Assembly: GCA_036558225.1 (NCBI GenBank)
Contig: DATBGA010000121.1
Span: 4,076-68,075, forward strand
Direction of reading: 5' to 3'
From: Candidatus Methylomirabilota bacterium
Lineage (GTDB): Bacteria > Methylomirabilota > Methylomirabilia > Rokubacteriales > DASRDR01
DNA length: 64,000 nucleotides
The position numbers were made by a program, and so were the translations under genes. Below are positions 1-9,060 of the stretch, piece by piece. Position 1 is the stretch's first letter; each line of letters starts with the position of its first letter. The notes beneath the pieces were generated by a model. It was not told the DNA's origin, did no database searches, and saw nothing but the letters and a program-made list of their open reading frames with translations.

Positions 1-1
1 C

Positions 2-598
2 TCAGACGCAGCCCGGCCCTGGATCGAGGCCGCGAAGCCGAGCTATCCGTGCGTGATCGATCACGATCACCGCGTGGCCGAGCTCTACAACATGGTCAAC
101 GTGCCGCAGGCGGTGTGGATCGACGAGGCCGGCCGCATAGTGCGGCCGACCGAGAGCGCCGGGGCCTACGAGGGATTCCGGGCGATGGATCGCACGACCC
201 GGAAGGTCCCGGACGAGGTGGCCGAGATCACGAGCCGCGCCAAGCGTACCTACGTCGACGCCGTATGTGACTGGGTGCGCCGCGGCCGGTCGAGCGTCCA
301 TGCGTTCGGCCCGGAGCAGGCGACCGCCCACCTGAGCCTGCCGGACGAGACCGTCGCCCGCGCGCACGCGCACTTTCGCCTGGGACAGTACCTCAGGAGG
401 CGGGGCCGCCCGGGGGCGGCTGAGGCGCAGTTCGGGGAGGCGCGCCGTCTGCACCCGGACTCGTGGAACATCTGGCGCCAGACGGCGGCCGTCGACGCCC
501 GCGGCCTGGCGTCGGGGCCGGAGTTCTGGGCGCGTGTCGATGCGCTCGGCCACCGCCGGTACTACGCGCCGGTCGACATGGAGGGCATGCCGGACTGA
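2..598 (+). CDS. Thioredoxin-fold (TlpA/ResA-like) protein, 3' part only; gene starts upstream of the window
   Basis: The frame is open from nt 2 (SDAARPWIEAAKPSYPCVIDHDH...) into the listed ORF 53-598. NMVNVPQAVWIDEAGRIVRP resembles the cis-Pro/beta-strand end of thiol-disulfide oxidoreductase folds and is followed by a helical tail. The catalytic CxxC would lie outside the window, so the function is tentative. Confidence 0.45.
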   Translation, partial: SDAARPWIEAAKPSYPCVIDHDHRVAELYNMVNVPQAVWIDEAGRIVRPTESAGAYEGFRAMDRTTRKVPDEVAEITSRAKRTYVDAVCDWVRRGRSSVHAFGPEQATAHLSLPDETVARAHAHFRLGQYLRRRGRPGAAEAQFGEARRLHPDSWNIWRQTAAVDARGLASGPEFWARVDALGHRRYYAPVDMEGMPD

Positions 599-645
599 CG
601 GGCGCGGGCCGGCTTCCGGGGCCCGGTCGGCGGGGAGCGCGGAGG

Positions 646-2001
646 CTAGAAGGAGCGGATCAGGCGCTCGACCCGCTCGTCGTGCGCCTGGAACGGGTCC
701 TTGCAGAGGATTGTCTCGCGCTCCGGATCGTTCAGCTTCAAGTAGACCCAGTCCACCCGGTAGTCCTTGCCCTTGAGGTTCGCGCGGCGGATGAACTCGC
801 CCCGGAGGCGCGCGCGCGTCGTCTGGGGCGGCGTGTGCTTGGCCATCTCCACCTGCTCGTCGCGCACCAGGCGGTCGACGCGGTCGTTTCGCGCGAGGAG
901 GTAGTAGACGCCTTTGAAGGGCCGGATGTCGTGGTACTGCAGGTCGATGAGCGACACGCGGGGGTCGCGCCACGACAGCCGGTGCCGCGTCATGTAGTCC
1001 TCGATCACCTGGCGCTTGATGACCCAGTCGACCTCGCGGTCGCACTGGTTGGGATCGGTCTCGAGCCGCGTCAGCATCTCGGTCCACCGGTCGAGAATGT
1101 CGCGCGTGATCGGGTCGGCGTCGACGTGTTGCGCGTAGGCCAGGCAGGCCTCCAAGTACTCCTTCTGGATCTCGAGGGCGGTCAAGGCGCGGCCGTCCTT
1201 GAGCTTGACCGTCTCCCGGAGCCCGGGGTCGTGGGAGATGTCCCGGATGGCCTGGACCGGGGACTGGAGGCTGTAGTCCCGGTCGAAATAGCCGTCCTCG
1301 ATCATGTCGAGTACCACGGCGGTGGTGCCGACCTTGAGGTAGGTGGCGACCTCCGACATGTTCGAGTCGCCGACGATCACGTGGAGCCGCCGGTACTTCT
1401 CGGCGTCTGCGTGGGGCTCGTCCCGCGTGTTGATGATGGAGCGGGACGAGGTGGTGGCCCCGGAGATCTCCTGGCAGATGTGCTGGGCGCGCTGCGAGAG
1501 GCAGTAGTGGAAGCCCCGCGGGGTCTGCAGGACCTTGCCCGCGCCCGCGAAGATCTGGCGGGTCACGAAGAACGGGATCAGCGCCTCCGCGAGCCGCTGG
1601 AACGAGACGTCGCGCGACACCAGGTAGTTCTCGTGGCATCCGTACGAGTTGCCCGCCGAGTCGGTGTTGTTCTTGAAGAGAAGGATGTTCCCCGAGATCC
1701 CGTCCTCGCGGAGCCGCTTCTCGGCCTGGTGCAGGAGATCCTCGACGATGCGCTCCCCCGCCTTGTCGTAGACGACCAAATCCATCACGTCGTCGCACTC
1801 CGGGGTCGCGTACTCCGGGTGGAACCCGGTGTCGAGATAGAGCCGGGCCCCGTTCTCGAGGAAGACGTTGGCGTTCCGGGCGCCCGGGATGACCTTCTCA
1901 AACAGATACCGGGCGACGTTGTCCGGGGACAGCCGGCGCTGGCCGTTCAGCGTGCAGGTCAGGCCGTATTCGTTCTCGAGCCCGAAGATGCGTCGCTTCA
2001 T
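646..2001 (-). CDS. pafA: Pup--protein ligase PafA
   Basis: 451 aa. It has the N-terminus [14 protein letters not shown] plus [21 protein letters not shown] and [11 protein letters not shown] motifs of the Pup ligase/deamidase family. It lacks the ~40-aa insertion seen in the paralog at 3626-5122. Its ATG overlaps the prcA stop (ATGA). Confidence 0.85.
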   Translation of the reverse strand: MKRRIFGLENEYGLTCTLNGQRRLSPDNVARYLFEKVIPGARNANVFLENGARLYLDTGFHPEYATPECDDVMDLVVYDKAGERIVEDLLHQAEKRLREDGISGNILLFKNNTDSAGNSYGCHENYLVSRDVSFQRLAEALIPFFVTRQIFAGAGKVLQTPRGFHYCLSQRAQHICQEISGATTSSRSIINTRDEPHADAEKYRRLHVIVGDSNMSEVATYLKVGTTAVVLDMIEDGYFDRDYSLQSPVQAIRDISHDPGLRETVKLKDGRALTALEIQKEYLEACLAYAQHVDADPITRDILDRWTEMLTRLETDPNQCDREVDWVIKRQVIEDYMTRHRLSWRDPRVSLIDLQYHDIRPFKGVYYLLARNDRVDRLVRDEQVEMAKHTPPQTTRARLRGEFIRRANLKGKDYRVDWVYLKLNDPERETILCKDPFQAHDERVERLIRSF

Positions 2002-2723
2002 GAGGTCCCCATGGGCCGGCTGCCCTCCGCCGGGTCGGGACGCCCGAGGATCGTTCGCAGCTCGCCGTTGGCGACACGCCGGAACTTCCGGCGCTCGCGC
2101 TTCTGGTCGAGCACGGCGACCTCGAGGTCCTTGTCCGTCAGCGTCTTGTTCTGCGTGACCGTCAGCGCGCGGATCCCGAGCCGCACCGCGTCCGCGAGGG
2201 GCATCCCCTCGCGGTAGTGCTCCTTGAGGAAGCGGCGGATCTCCTCCGCCTGGCCGCCCATCGCCGCGTAGTTGCGCTCGTCCTCGATCGATCCGTCGTA
2301 GAGGACATGGTACATCTCGTTCTTGCCGTTGGTGCCGTCGGCCACCTCGACGACAAGCACCTCGACCTCGAACGGCTTCATCCCCTCGGTGAAGATGGTC
2401 CCGAGCGCCTGAGAGTAGGCGTTGGCGAGCGCCTTCGCGGTGACGTCCTCGCGGTGGTAGGAGTAGCCGCGGAGGTCGGCGTGGCGCACCCCGGCGATCC
2501 GGAGGTTCTCGAACTCGTTGTACTTGCCCACTCCGGCGAAGGCGATCCGGTCGTAGATCTCGGAGATCTTGTGGAGCAGGGTCGAGGGGTTCTCGGCGAC
2601 CAGGAGCACGCCGTCCTGGTACTCGAGGGCGACGATGGACCGGCCGCGAGCGATGCCCTTGCGGGCATACTCGGCCTTGTCCTTCATCATCTGCTCGGGC
2701 GAAACGTAGTAGGGGAGCGGCAT
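1998..2723 (-). CDS. prcA: Proteasome subunit alpha
   Basis: Start taken at the internal Met ([29 protein letters not shown]...), 2 nt after the prcB stop. The sequence is typical of bacterial 20S alpha subunits ([26 protein letters not shown]). Confidence 0.9.
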   Translation of the reverse strand: MPLPYYVSPEQMMKDKAEYARKGIARGRSIVALEYQDGVLLVAENPSTLLHKISEIYDRIAFAGVGKYNEFENLRIAGVRHADLRGYSYHREDVTAKALANAYSQALGTIFTEGMKPFEVEVLVVEVADGTNGKNEMYHVLYDGSIEDERNYAAMGGQAEEIRRFLKEHYREGMPLADAVRLGIRALTVTQNKTLTDKDLEVAVLDQKRERRKFRRVANGELRTILGRPDPAEGSRPMGTS

Positions 2724-2725
2724 GG

Positions 2726-3559
2726 TCAGCGTCCCTGGCGCCGCGCGGCGAGCACCGCTTCGCACTGCGCCCGCACCTCGGCCTCGGCGACCTCCTCGAA
2801 CCCGCCGCGGGTGATCACCTTTATCGTGGGGAAGATCCCGTGGACGAAATCGGGGCCGCCCGTCCCCACGTCCTCCTCGGCCGCGTCGACGAGCGCCTCG
2901 GCAGCCCAGCGGAGCCCATCGTCGCGCGACGCGCCGGGCCGGAAGAGCTTCTTGAGGGAGGTGCGCGCGTCCTTGCCGCCCGAGCCGGTCGCGGCGTAGT
3001 CGGTTTCCTCGTACCGGCCCCCGGTGACGTCGTAGTTGAAGATCCGTCCCTCGGCGCGGCGGAGGTCGTAGCCGGCGAAGATCGGCACGACCACCAGGCC
3101 CTGCATCGCCATCGGGAGGTTCATGCGGATCATCTGGCCGAGCTTGTTCGCCTTGCCCTCGAGCGAGAGCCCGTCGCCCTCCACCTTCTCGTAGTGCTCG
3201 AGCTCAGTCTGGAACAGGCGCGCCATCTCGATGGCCGGCCCGGCCGCGCCCGCGATCGCGACCGCGGAGTGCTCGTCCGTCTTGTAGACCTTCTCGATCC
3301 GCCGGTGGGCGACCTGGTAGCCCTCGGTGGCCTGCCGGTCGCCGGCGATGACGACCCCGTCCGCGTACCGCACAGCGAGGATGGTCGTGCCGGTGGGGAC
3401 TCCCGGGACTCCGTGGGCTTCCGCGAGCGGAATCACCCCGCCGAGGCCGCCCGGACGCGAGACGAGCAGGTCGGGCGCCTCCTGGCGCAGGAGGTCCACG
3501 AAGCTCCTGTTCACGTAACGCCCGAAGAGACCTTGCCAGGGCTCGTGCATGGGGACCAT
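2726..3559 (-). CDS. prcB: Proteasome subunit beta (with propeptide)
   Basis: A propeptide is followed by [26 protein letters not shown], the catalytic N-terminal Thr context of 20S beta subunits. An alternative ATG lies at 3550. Confidence 0.9.
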   Translation of the reverse strand: MVPMHEPWQGLFGRYVNRSFVDLLRQEAPDLLVSRPGGLGGVIPLAEAHGVPGVPTGTTILAVRYADGVVIAGDRQATEGYQVAHRRIEKVYKTDEHSAVAIAGAAGPAIEMARLFQTELEHYEKVEGDGLSLEGKANKLGQMIRMNLPMAMQGLVVVPIFAGYDLRRAEGRIFNYDVTGGRYEETDYAATGSGGKDARTSLKKLFRPGASRDDGLRWAAEALVDAAEEDVGTGGPDFVHGIFPTIKVITRGGFEEVAEAEVRAQCEAVLAARRQGR

Positions 3560-3570
3560 CCGTAGGGGGG

Positions 3571-3576
3571 ATTATA
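3571..3576 (-). promoter_or_regulatory. Perfect -10 hexamer TATAAT (context cTGTATAATc) 11 nt upstream of the prcB ATG
   Basis: The minus-strand sequence reads ggcTGTATAATcccccctacggATG. A perfect AT hexamer in an otherwise GC-rich 66-nt dop-prcB spacer is notable. No convincing -35 was found, and it implies a very short leader. Confidence 0.4.
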
Positions 3577-3625
3577 CAGCCGGCTTCGCCGGGAGCCGCG
3601 CCTTCCGGCGCCGGGGGGTCCGGCC

Positions 3626-5122
3626 CTAGACGATGGTGGGCTTCGAGATGTTCTTGAGGAGATCCCGCGCGGTCGGCGACTGGTCCAGCAGCCGGCGCAC
3701 GAGCGCCTCGGTGCCCCGCAGCGGCTCCAGCATGAAGATCTTCTTCAGCGGTCCCTCCTTGAGGTCGAAGAGGACCGAGTCCCACGAGGCCGACACGATG
3801 TCCTCGGAGTAGCGCTGGAGACACATCCCTCGGAAGTACGCGCGGGTGTCGCGCGGGGGATCGTTGACCGCGCGGGCGATCTCCTCGTCGCTCGCGATTC
3901 GCTCGACCGCGTCGCTCTGCTCGAGCCGGTAGTAGAGACCCTTGCCGGGCCGGATGTCGTGGTACTGGAGGTCGATCATCGCCACCCGGGAGTCCGTCCA
4001 GCCCACGCCGTGCTTGGCCCGGTAGCTCTCGAGGAGGTCGAGCTTGATCACCCAGTCCAGCTCGCGATTGAGCGACATCGGATCCTGGGCGAGCCGGTCC
4101 AGCACGCTCTCCCATCGCACGAGGACGTCCTTCGTCACAGGGTCCAGCTCCCGGTCCCGGTAGTAGCGGTGGGCCGCCTCCAGGAACTCCCGCTGGAGCT
4201 CGACGGCGGTGGCGGTGCGCCCGTCGCGGAGGCGGAGCGTCGACCGGCAGGCCAGGTCGCGCGAGACCTGGCGGAAGGCCTGGACCGGATTGTCCAGCGC
4301 GAGATCCCGGTCGATGAAGTCGTCCTCGATCATGGAGAGGACGATCGACGTGGTCCCGACCTTGAGATAGTTGGCCACCTCCGACATGTTGGCGTCGCCC
4401 ACGATCACGTGGAGGCGCCGGTACTTCTCGGGGTCGGCGTGCGGCTCGTCCCGCGTGTTGATGATGGGGCGGGAATGCATCGTCTCCAGCCCGACCTCCG
4501 TCTCGAGGAAGTCGGCGCGCTGGGAGACCTGGTACTCGGTGTACTCGAGGTTATTCTCCGACCCGACCTTGCCCGCGCCGGTGAAGATCTGGCGCGTGAC
4601 CAGGAAGGGCATCATGTACTGGACGATCCGCGTGAAGGGGCAGCGGCGGTCCATGAGGTAGTTCTCGTGGGTCCCGTAGCTGTTGCCCTTGGAGTCGGTG
4701 TTGTTCTTGTAGATGAGGATGCGTTGCTCGGGCGGCGAGGCCGCCTCCGCCCGCCGGCGGGCGAGGTCGAGGACGCGCTCGCCCGCCCGGTCCCAGACGA
4801 CCAGGTCCCGCGGGTTGGTGCACTCCGGGGTGGAGTACTCGGGGTGGGCGTGGTCGACGTAGAAGCGGGCGCCGTTGGGTAGGATCAGGTTGATGAGGCG
4901 CGACTCCTCCTTGGACGGCAGCTCTTTCTCCTCGGCGTACTCGAACCCCCGGGCGTCCCTGAGCGGGCTCTCGGCCTCGTAGTCCCAGCGGATGCGCGCG
5001 GTCCGGTAGGTCTCGTAGGAGTTGATGAGGAGGAGCGAGGACAGGATCGGGTTGAAGTCCGCCTGGTTGCGGACGGTGATCCCGTACTCGGTCTCGATCC
5101 CCATCACCTTCGGGATGGCCAT
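3626..5122 (-). CDS. dop: Pup deamidase/depupylase Dop
   Basis: 498 aa and paralogous to pafA (MGIETEYGI, NGARFYVDHAHPEYSTPEC, GNSYGTHENYL). It carries the extra loop (...RWDYEAESPLRDARGFEYAEEKELPSKEESRL...) that distinguishes Dop from PafA. GAGGA lies 5 nt before the ATG. Confidence 0.85.
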   Translation of the reverse strand: MAIPKVMGIETEYGITVRNQADFNPILSSLLLINSYETYRTARIRWDYEAESPLRDARGFEYAEEKELPSKEESRLINLILPNGARFYVDHAHPEYSTPECTNPRDLVVWDRAGERVLDLARRRAEAASPPEQRILIYKNNTDSKGNSYGTHENYLMDRRCPFTRIVQYMMPFLVTRQIFTGAGKVGSENNLEYTEYQVSQRADFLETEVGLETMHSRPIINTRDEPHADPEKYRRLHVIVGDANMSEVANYLKVGTTSIVLSMIEDDFIDRDLALDNPVQAFRQVSRDLACRSTLRLRDGRTATAVELQREFLEAAHRYYRDRELDPVTKDVLVRWESVLDRLAQDPMSLNRELDWVIKLDLLESYRAKHGVGWTDSRVAMIDLQYHDIRPGKGLYYRLEQSDAVERIASDEEIARAVNDPPRDTRAYFRGMCLQRYSEDIVSASWDSVLFDLKEGPLKKIFMLEPLRGTEALVRRLLDQSPTARDLLKNISKPTIV

Positions 5123-5176
5123 GCCGTCCTCGCGCCGGCCCGCGTCACCGTGCTGCCCGGCGGGGCCGCGGCCGAC

Positions 5177-5217
5177 AGAAAAGGGGTGAGGGGGAGCCGG
5201 TTGCCGCCCCTCACCCC
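5177..5217 (-). terminator. Rho-independent terminator downstream of arc
   Basis: The minus strand reads GGGGTGAGGGG-13 nt loop-CCCCTCACCCC followed by TTTTCT. This is a perfect 11-bp stem (5183-5193 / 5207-5217) starting 6 nt after the arc stop. Confidence 0.65.
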
Positions 5218-5223
5218 CGGAGC

Positions 5224-7053
5224 CTACAGGTATTGTCCGGTGGTCGTCATGCGCTCCACGGGCCGGTTCTTGTCCTTGTTCTCGCCCGTGAGCGGCTTGA
5301 CGTAGACGATCCGCTCGCCCTTCTTCCCCGCGATCTTCGCCCAGTCGTCGGGATTCGTGGTGTTGGGGAGGTCCTCGTTCTCCTTGAACTCCTCGCGCAC
5401 GGCGGCCAGCAGGTCGTCGAGCTTGACGCCCTTCTCGGCGCTCGCGATGTACCGCTTGAGGGCGAGCTTCTTAGCGCGCCGCACCACCGATTCCATCATC
5501 GCGCCGGACGCGAAGTCCTTGAAGTAGAGGATCTCCTTGTCGCCGTTCGCGTATGTGACCTCGAGGAAGCGATTCTCGTCCGCGATGGTGTACATGGCGT
5601 CGACCGCCATCTCGATGAGCCGCGCGATGGCCGCCGCGATGTCCCCGCCGTGCGGCGCGAGCTCCTGCTCGTGCATCGGGATCTCGGGGGTGAGGTACTT
5701 CGCCAAGATGTCGGCCGCCGCGCCGCGGTCCGGCCGGTCGATTTTGATCTTCACGTCGAGCCGCCCGGGCCGGAGGATGGCGGGATCGATCAGATCCTGC
5801 CGGTTGGAGGCGCCGATCACGATGACGTTCTTCAGCCCCTCGACCCCGTCGATCTCGGCCAGGAGCTGCGGCACGATCGTCGTCTCGACGTCGGAGGAGA
5901 TCCCCGAGCCGCGGGTGCGGAACAGCGCGTCCATCTCGTCGAAGAACACGACGACGGGGACGTCCTCGGCCGCCTTCTCCTTGGCCTTGGTGAAGATCTC
6001 GCGGATCTTCCGCTCCGTCTCTCCCACGTATTTGTTGAGAAGCTCGGGCCCCTTGATGTTCATGAAGAAGCCCTTGATCTTCTCGCCGCGCTTCTCCGAG
6101 ACCTTCTCCGCCAGGTTGTTCGCGACCGCCTTGGCGATCATCGTCTTGCCGCATCCGGGTGGCCCGTAGAGCAGGACGCCCTTCGGCGGCGCCAGCTTGT
6201 GCTCGCGGTAGTAGTCGGCGTAGAGGTACGGGAGCTCGACCGCGTCGCGGATGGCCTCGATCTGCGTCGAGAGCCCCCCGATGTCCTCGTACTGGATGTC
6301 CGGAACCTCCTCGAGCGCCAGGTCCTCGACCTCGCTCTTCGGCAGCTTCTCCAGGAGATAGCCCGACTTCGAGTCCATCAGGAGGTGGTCGCCGACCTTG
6401 AGCTTCACGGGGCGCAGCGGGTCGGCGATGACCGCGACCTTCTCCTCGTCCGCCCGGACCGTGACCACCGCCCGCGCCTCGTCCAGGGTCTCCTTCATGA
6501 TCACGACCTCGCCCTGGATCTCGTAGCCTGCCGTCTCGATGACGTTCAGGCCCTCGTTGAGGACGAGCTCCTGGCCGGGCTTGATCGTCTCCTTGCCGAT
6601 CGACGGGTGGAGGTTCACCTTGACCTTCCGCCCGCTCGACAGGATGTTCACCGTGCCGTCGTCGTTCAGCGAGAGGAACACGCCGTAGCTGGACGGCGGC
6701 GCGCAGAGCTTGTCGACCTCCTCCTTGAGGGACGAGATCTGCTCGCGCGCCTCGTAGAGCGTGTTCACGAGCTTCTCGTTCTGGTTGAAGGCCTGGACGA
6801 GCTGCCGGTTCGCCTCCCGGAGCTTGTTCTCCAGGACCACGAAGTCCTTGGGGATCTCCTCGAGCTTCCTCCGCAGATGCACGACCTCGGTCTCCATGGC
6901 CCGGGCATGGGCCTGGAGATCCTGGATCTGGATTTCGTACTCCGTCAGGCGGCGCCGGTAGGCGGATTCGGTCATGGGCAGGAATTTTGACAGCCCACCC
7001 TTGACACCCTCGGAGTCACGGGGAGGATTCGCCTTCTTTTCGAACTCTTTCAT
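5224..7053 (-). CDS. arc: Proteasome-associated AAA ATPase ARC/Mpa
   Basis: It has an N-terminal coiled coil, Walker A GPPGCGKT and Walker B VVFFDEMD. The C-terminus ...TTTGQYL matches the GQYL proteasome-docking tail of Mpa. The start is set at the ATG at 7053 (MKEFEKK, GGGAGG just upstream). The longer listed ORF start at 7191 lies upstream of the predicted promoter. Confidence 0.88.
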   Translation of the reverse strand: MKEFEKKANPPRDSEGVKGGLSKFLPMTESAYRRRLTEYEIQIQDLQAHARAMETEVVHLRRKLEEIPKDFVVLENKLREANRQLVQAFNQNEKLVNTLYEAREQISSLKEEVDKLCAPPSSYGVFLSLNDDGTVNILSSGRKVKVNLHPSIGKETIKPGQELVLNEGLNVIETAGYEIQGEVVIMKETLDEARAVVTVRADEEKVAVIADPLRPVKLKVGDHLLMDSKSGYLLEKLPKSEVEDLALEEVPDIQYEDIGGLSTQIEAIRDAVELPYLYADYYREHKLAPPKGVLLYGPPGCGKTMIAKAVANNLAEKVSEKRGEKIKGFFMNIKGPELLNKYVGETERKIREIFTKAKEKAAEDVPVVVFFDEMDALFRTRGSGISSDVETTIVPQLLAEIDGVEGLKNVIVIGASNRQDLIDPAILRPGRLDVKIKIDRPDRGAAADILAKYLTPEIPMHEQELAPHGGDIAAAIARLIEMAVDAMYTIADENRFLEVTYANGDKEILYFKDFASGAMMESVVRRAKKLALKRYIASAEKGVKLDDLLAAVREEFKENEDLPNTTNPDDWAKIAGKKGERIVYVKPLTGENKDKNRPVERMTTTGQYL

Positions 7054-7140
7054 GGCCTCCCGTCCCTCTCGGCGAGCACCGCGACCGCGCCGCGTCGGCC
7101 GGGCCCGGCGCGGGCGATGGTGCCCCCGCCAGCTTGAGCA

Positions 7141-7170
7141 ACTATAGGCGGCACTGGAAAAAAAAGTCAA
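7141..7170 (-). promoter_or_regulatory. Sigma70-like promoter for arc: TTGACT-18 nt-TATAGT
   Basis: The minus strand reads cTTGACTtttttttccagtgccgccTATAGTtg, with the -35 at 7165-7170 and the -10 at 7141-7146. It sits ~88 nt upstream of the arc ATG and is AT-rich against the GC-rich background. Confidence 0.45.
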
Positions 7171-7321
7171 GTTGTGGGGCCATTCCGGCACCGGTTCTGG
7201 CGAGCGGTCGTGATCGCCTCGTCTCCACGATCCCGAGTTGCTGCAACGCGGGTGCCAGCCGGGAGCGCGGCGACCGTCCAGCGACGCCGTCCGAAGGGGG
7301 TTCGCCCGGTGCGTACGTCTC

Positions 7322-7327
7322 TATAAT
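7322..7327 (+). promoter_or_regulatory. Perfect -10 hexamer TATAAT 8 nt upstream of the SBP gene ATG (leaderless-type arrangement)
   Basis: The sequence reads gtctcTATAATggacgcctATGcgc. There is no SD between the box and the ATG at 7336, and the -35 is weak (TTCGCC). Confidence 0.35.
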
Positions 7328-7335
7328 GGACGCCT

Positions 7336-8952
7336 ATGCGCCGCGAGACCACTGGACGGCGGCGTCCCCCGAGCCCGGTACGCTCGGCGCTGCTCGCCGC
7401 GCTCGTCGCGCTGCTCGCGGTCACCCGTCTCGCCGCCGCGGCGCCGTCCGGCGACCTCCACGTGGGCGTGCCGCGCGTGCCCGCGAGCCTCGACCCGGCG
7501 GAGGCGACCGATCCGGCCCAGCTCCTCGCGATGCGCCTGCTCTACGAGGGCCTCGTCGCCTTCGGCGAGCGCGGTGACGTGGAGCCCGCGCTCGCGACCG
7601 CGTGGGCCGTCTCCCGCGACGGGCTCGTCTGGACCTTCCGCCTCCGCGCGGATGTGCTGCTTCACGACGGCACGCCGCTCGGGCCCGACGAGGTGGTCGC
7701 GGCGCTCGCGGAGCGGATCTCCGCCGACGAGCCTGCCGAGGGCGCGCCGACCTGGGCGCGCCCCTTCCGCGGCGCGGCGCGAATCGTCCGCGAGGTGCGG
7801 CGGGGCGAGGGGGCGTCGCTGCAGGTCGTTCTCGCGCAGCCGTACGCGCCGCTGCTCGCGCTCCTCGCGCATCCGGGCCTCGCGGTCGCCGTGGCGCGCT
7901 CCGGCGGCCCGCGGGTGGGGAGCGGTCCCTACCGGGCCGTCGCGCTCACGCCCGATCGGCTCGTGCTGGAAGCGTCGCCGACCTGGCGCGGGGAGCCGCC
8001 CCAGAGCGCCCGGCTGACGCTCCACGCGGTAGTCGACGACGCGGCCGCGCTCGCCGGGTTCGGGCCCGACGGCCCGCTCCATGTCGCGCTGCTCGCCGCG
8101 CCGCCGGCGTGGGCTGCGGTGGGTCTCCAGGTTGTGTCCGGCCCGACGTGGCGGGTCGGCCTCCTCGCGCTCCGCACCGACCGGGGTCTCACCAGCCGCA
8201 AGACGGTGCGCCAGGCGGTCGCGCTCGCGCTCGATCCCGGGTTGCTGCGACCGGCGCTCGGCCGGTGGGCGGCGCTGCACGCCGCCTGGCTGCCGCCCGG
8301 CGCGTGGGCCGTGCGCGACACGGGGCCGCTCCCCTTCGACCCGACCAAGGCGCGGCGCCTGCTGGCTCAGGTCGCTCCGCTCGACCCGACGGTGACCCTC
8401 CTCGCATCGGAGCAGATGTCGGGTCCCGAGGCCGCGGGCATCGGCGACGCCATCCGGGTCTCGCTGGGCGCCGCCGGGTTTCGGGTGCAGGTTCGTTTGG
8501 AGCGGCCGGAAGTAGCCGACACCGCCGCGCGGCAGGGCACGGTGGAGCTGACGCTCCACGAGGAGACGCTCCAGGTGAACGACCCCGACATCTTTCTCCG
8601 GCGGCTCCTCGCGACCGACGGAGCCACGCCCGGCAGCGCGACCAACGTCGCCTTCCTGCGCAGCCCGCTGATCGACGGCATGCTCGTGCGCGCCGGTCAG
8701 CTCGGATTCCGGCCCGAGCGGTTCCGGCTCTACCAGCGGCTGCAGGGCCTCCTCGCCGAGGAGCTTCCATACGTCCCGCTCTACGTCCGGCTCCAGTGGA
8801 TGGTGGCGCGACCCGAGGTCCGGGGACTGCGTCTGGATCCCGGGGGCCTCCATCGCCTCGAGCGAATCGTGCTCGAGCCGCCGCCGGCGGCCGCGCCGCC
8901 GCGACCTCAGATGAGCCCCCTCTCGGGGAGTCCGCCCCTCCCGCGTCCGTAG
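7336..8952 (+). CDS. ABC transporter substrate-binding protein, peptide/nickel (family 5) type
   Basis: It has an Arg-rich/hydrophobic signal peptide (ALLAALVALLAVTRLAAAAP). LHVGVPRVPASLDPAEATD...YEGLVAF...LHDGTPL is typical of SBP family 5. Confidence 0.8.
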   Translation: MRRETTGRRRPPSPVRSALLAALVALLAVTRLAAAAPSGDLHVGVPRVPASLDPAEATDPAQLLAMRLLYEGLVAFGERGDVEPALATAWAVSRDGLVWTFRLRADVLLHDGTPLGPDEVVAALAERISADEPAEGAPTWARPFRGAARIVREVRRGEGASLQVVLAQPYAPLLALLAHPGLAVAVARSGGPRVGSGPYRAVALTPDRLVLEASPTWRGEPPQSARLTLHAVVDDAAALAGFGPDGPLHVALLAAPPAWAAVGLQVVSGPTWRVGLLALRTDRGLTSRKTVRQAVALALDPGLLRPALGRWAALHAAWLPPGAWAVRDTGPLPFDPTKARRLLAQVAPLDPTVTLLASEQMSGPEAAGIGDAIRVSLGAAGFRVQVRLERPEVADTAARQGTVELTLHEETLQVNDPDIFLRRLLATDGATPGSATNVAFLRSPLIDGMLVRAGQLGFRPERFRLYQRLQGLLAEELPYVPLYVRLQWMVARPEVRGLRLDPGGLHRLERIVLEPPPAAAPPRPQMSPLSGSPPLPRP

Positions 8953-9060
8953 GCGCGGTCGCCCGCGGGGCGCGGTTTGCCGGGGGCCCGAGCCCCGGCT
9001 ACAATGAGGCGGCCTCCCACACGACGGGCCACGACGGGCCAAACCACGGAGGAGTCGCTG

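Noticed and set aside
2-2217. Long ORFs 2-1798 (minus, 598 aa) and 463-2217 (plus, 584 aa) overlapping pafA
   Set aside because: Their products are Arg/Pro/Gly/Ala-rich and low-complexity, in alternate or antisense frames of a gene with clear PafA motifs. This is the typical GC-rich open-frame artefact.
7054-7335. A possible small pup-like ORF in the 282-nt region upstream of arc
   Set aside because: The only minus-strand ATG (7183) gives a 13-codon ORF ([13 protein letters not shown]). The listed ORFs 7134-7577 and 7167-7424 are low-complexity and cross the promoter and the SBP start.
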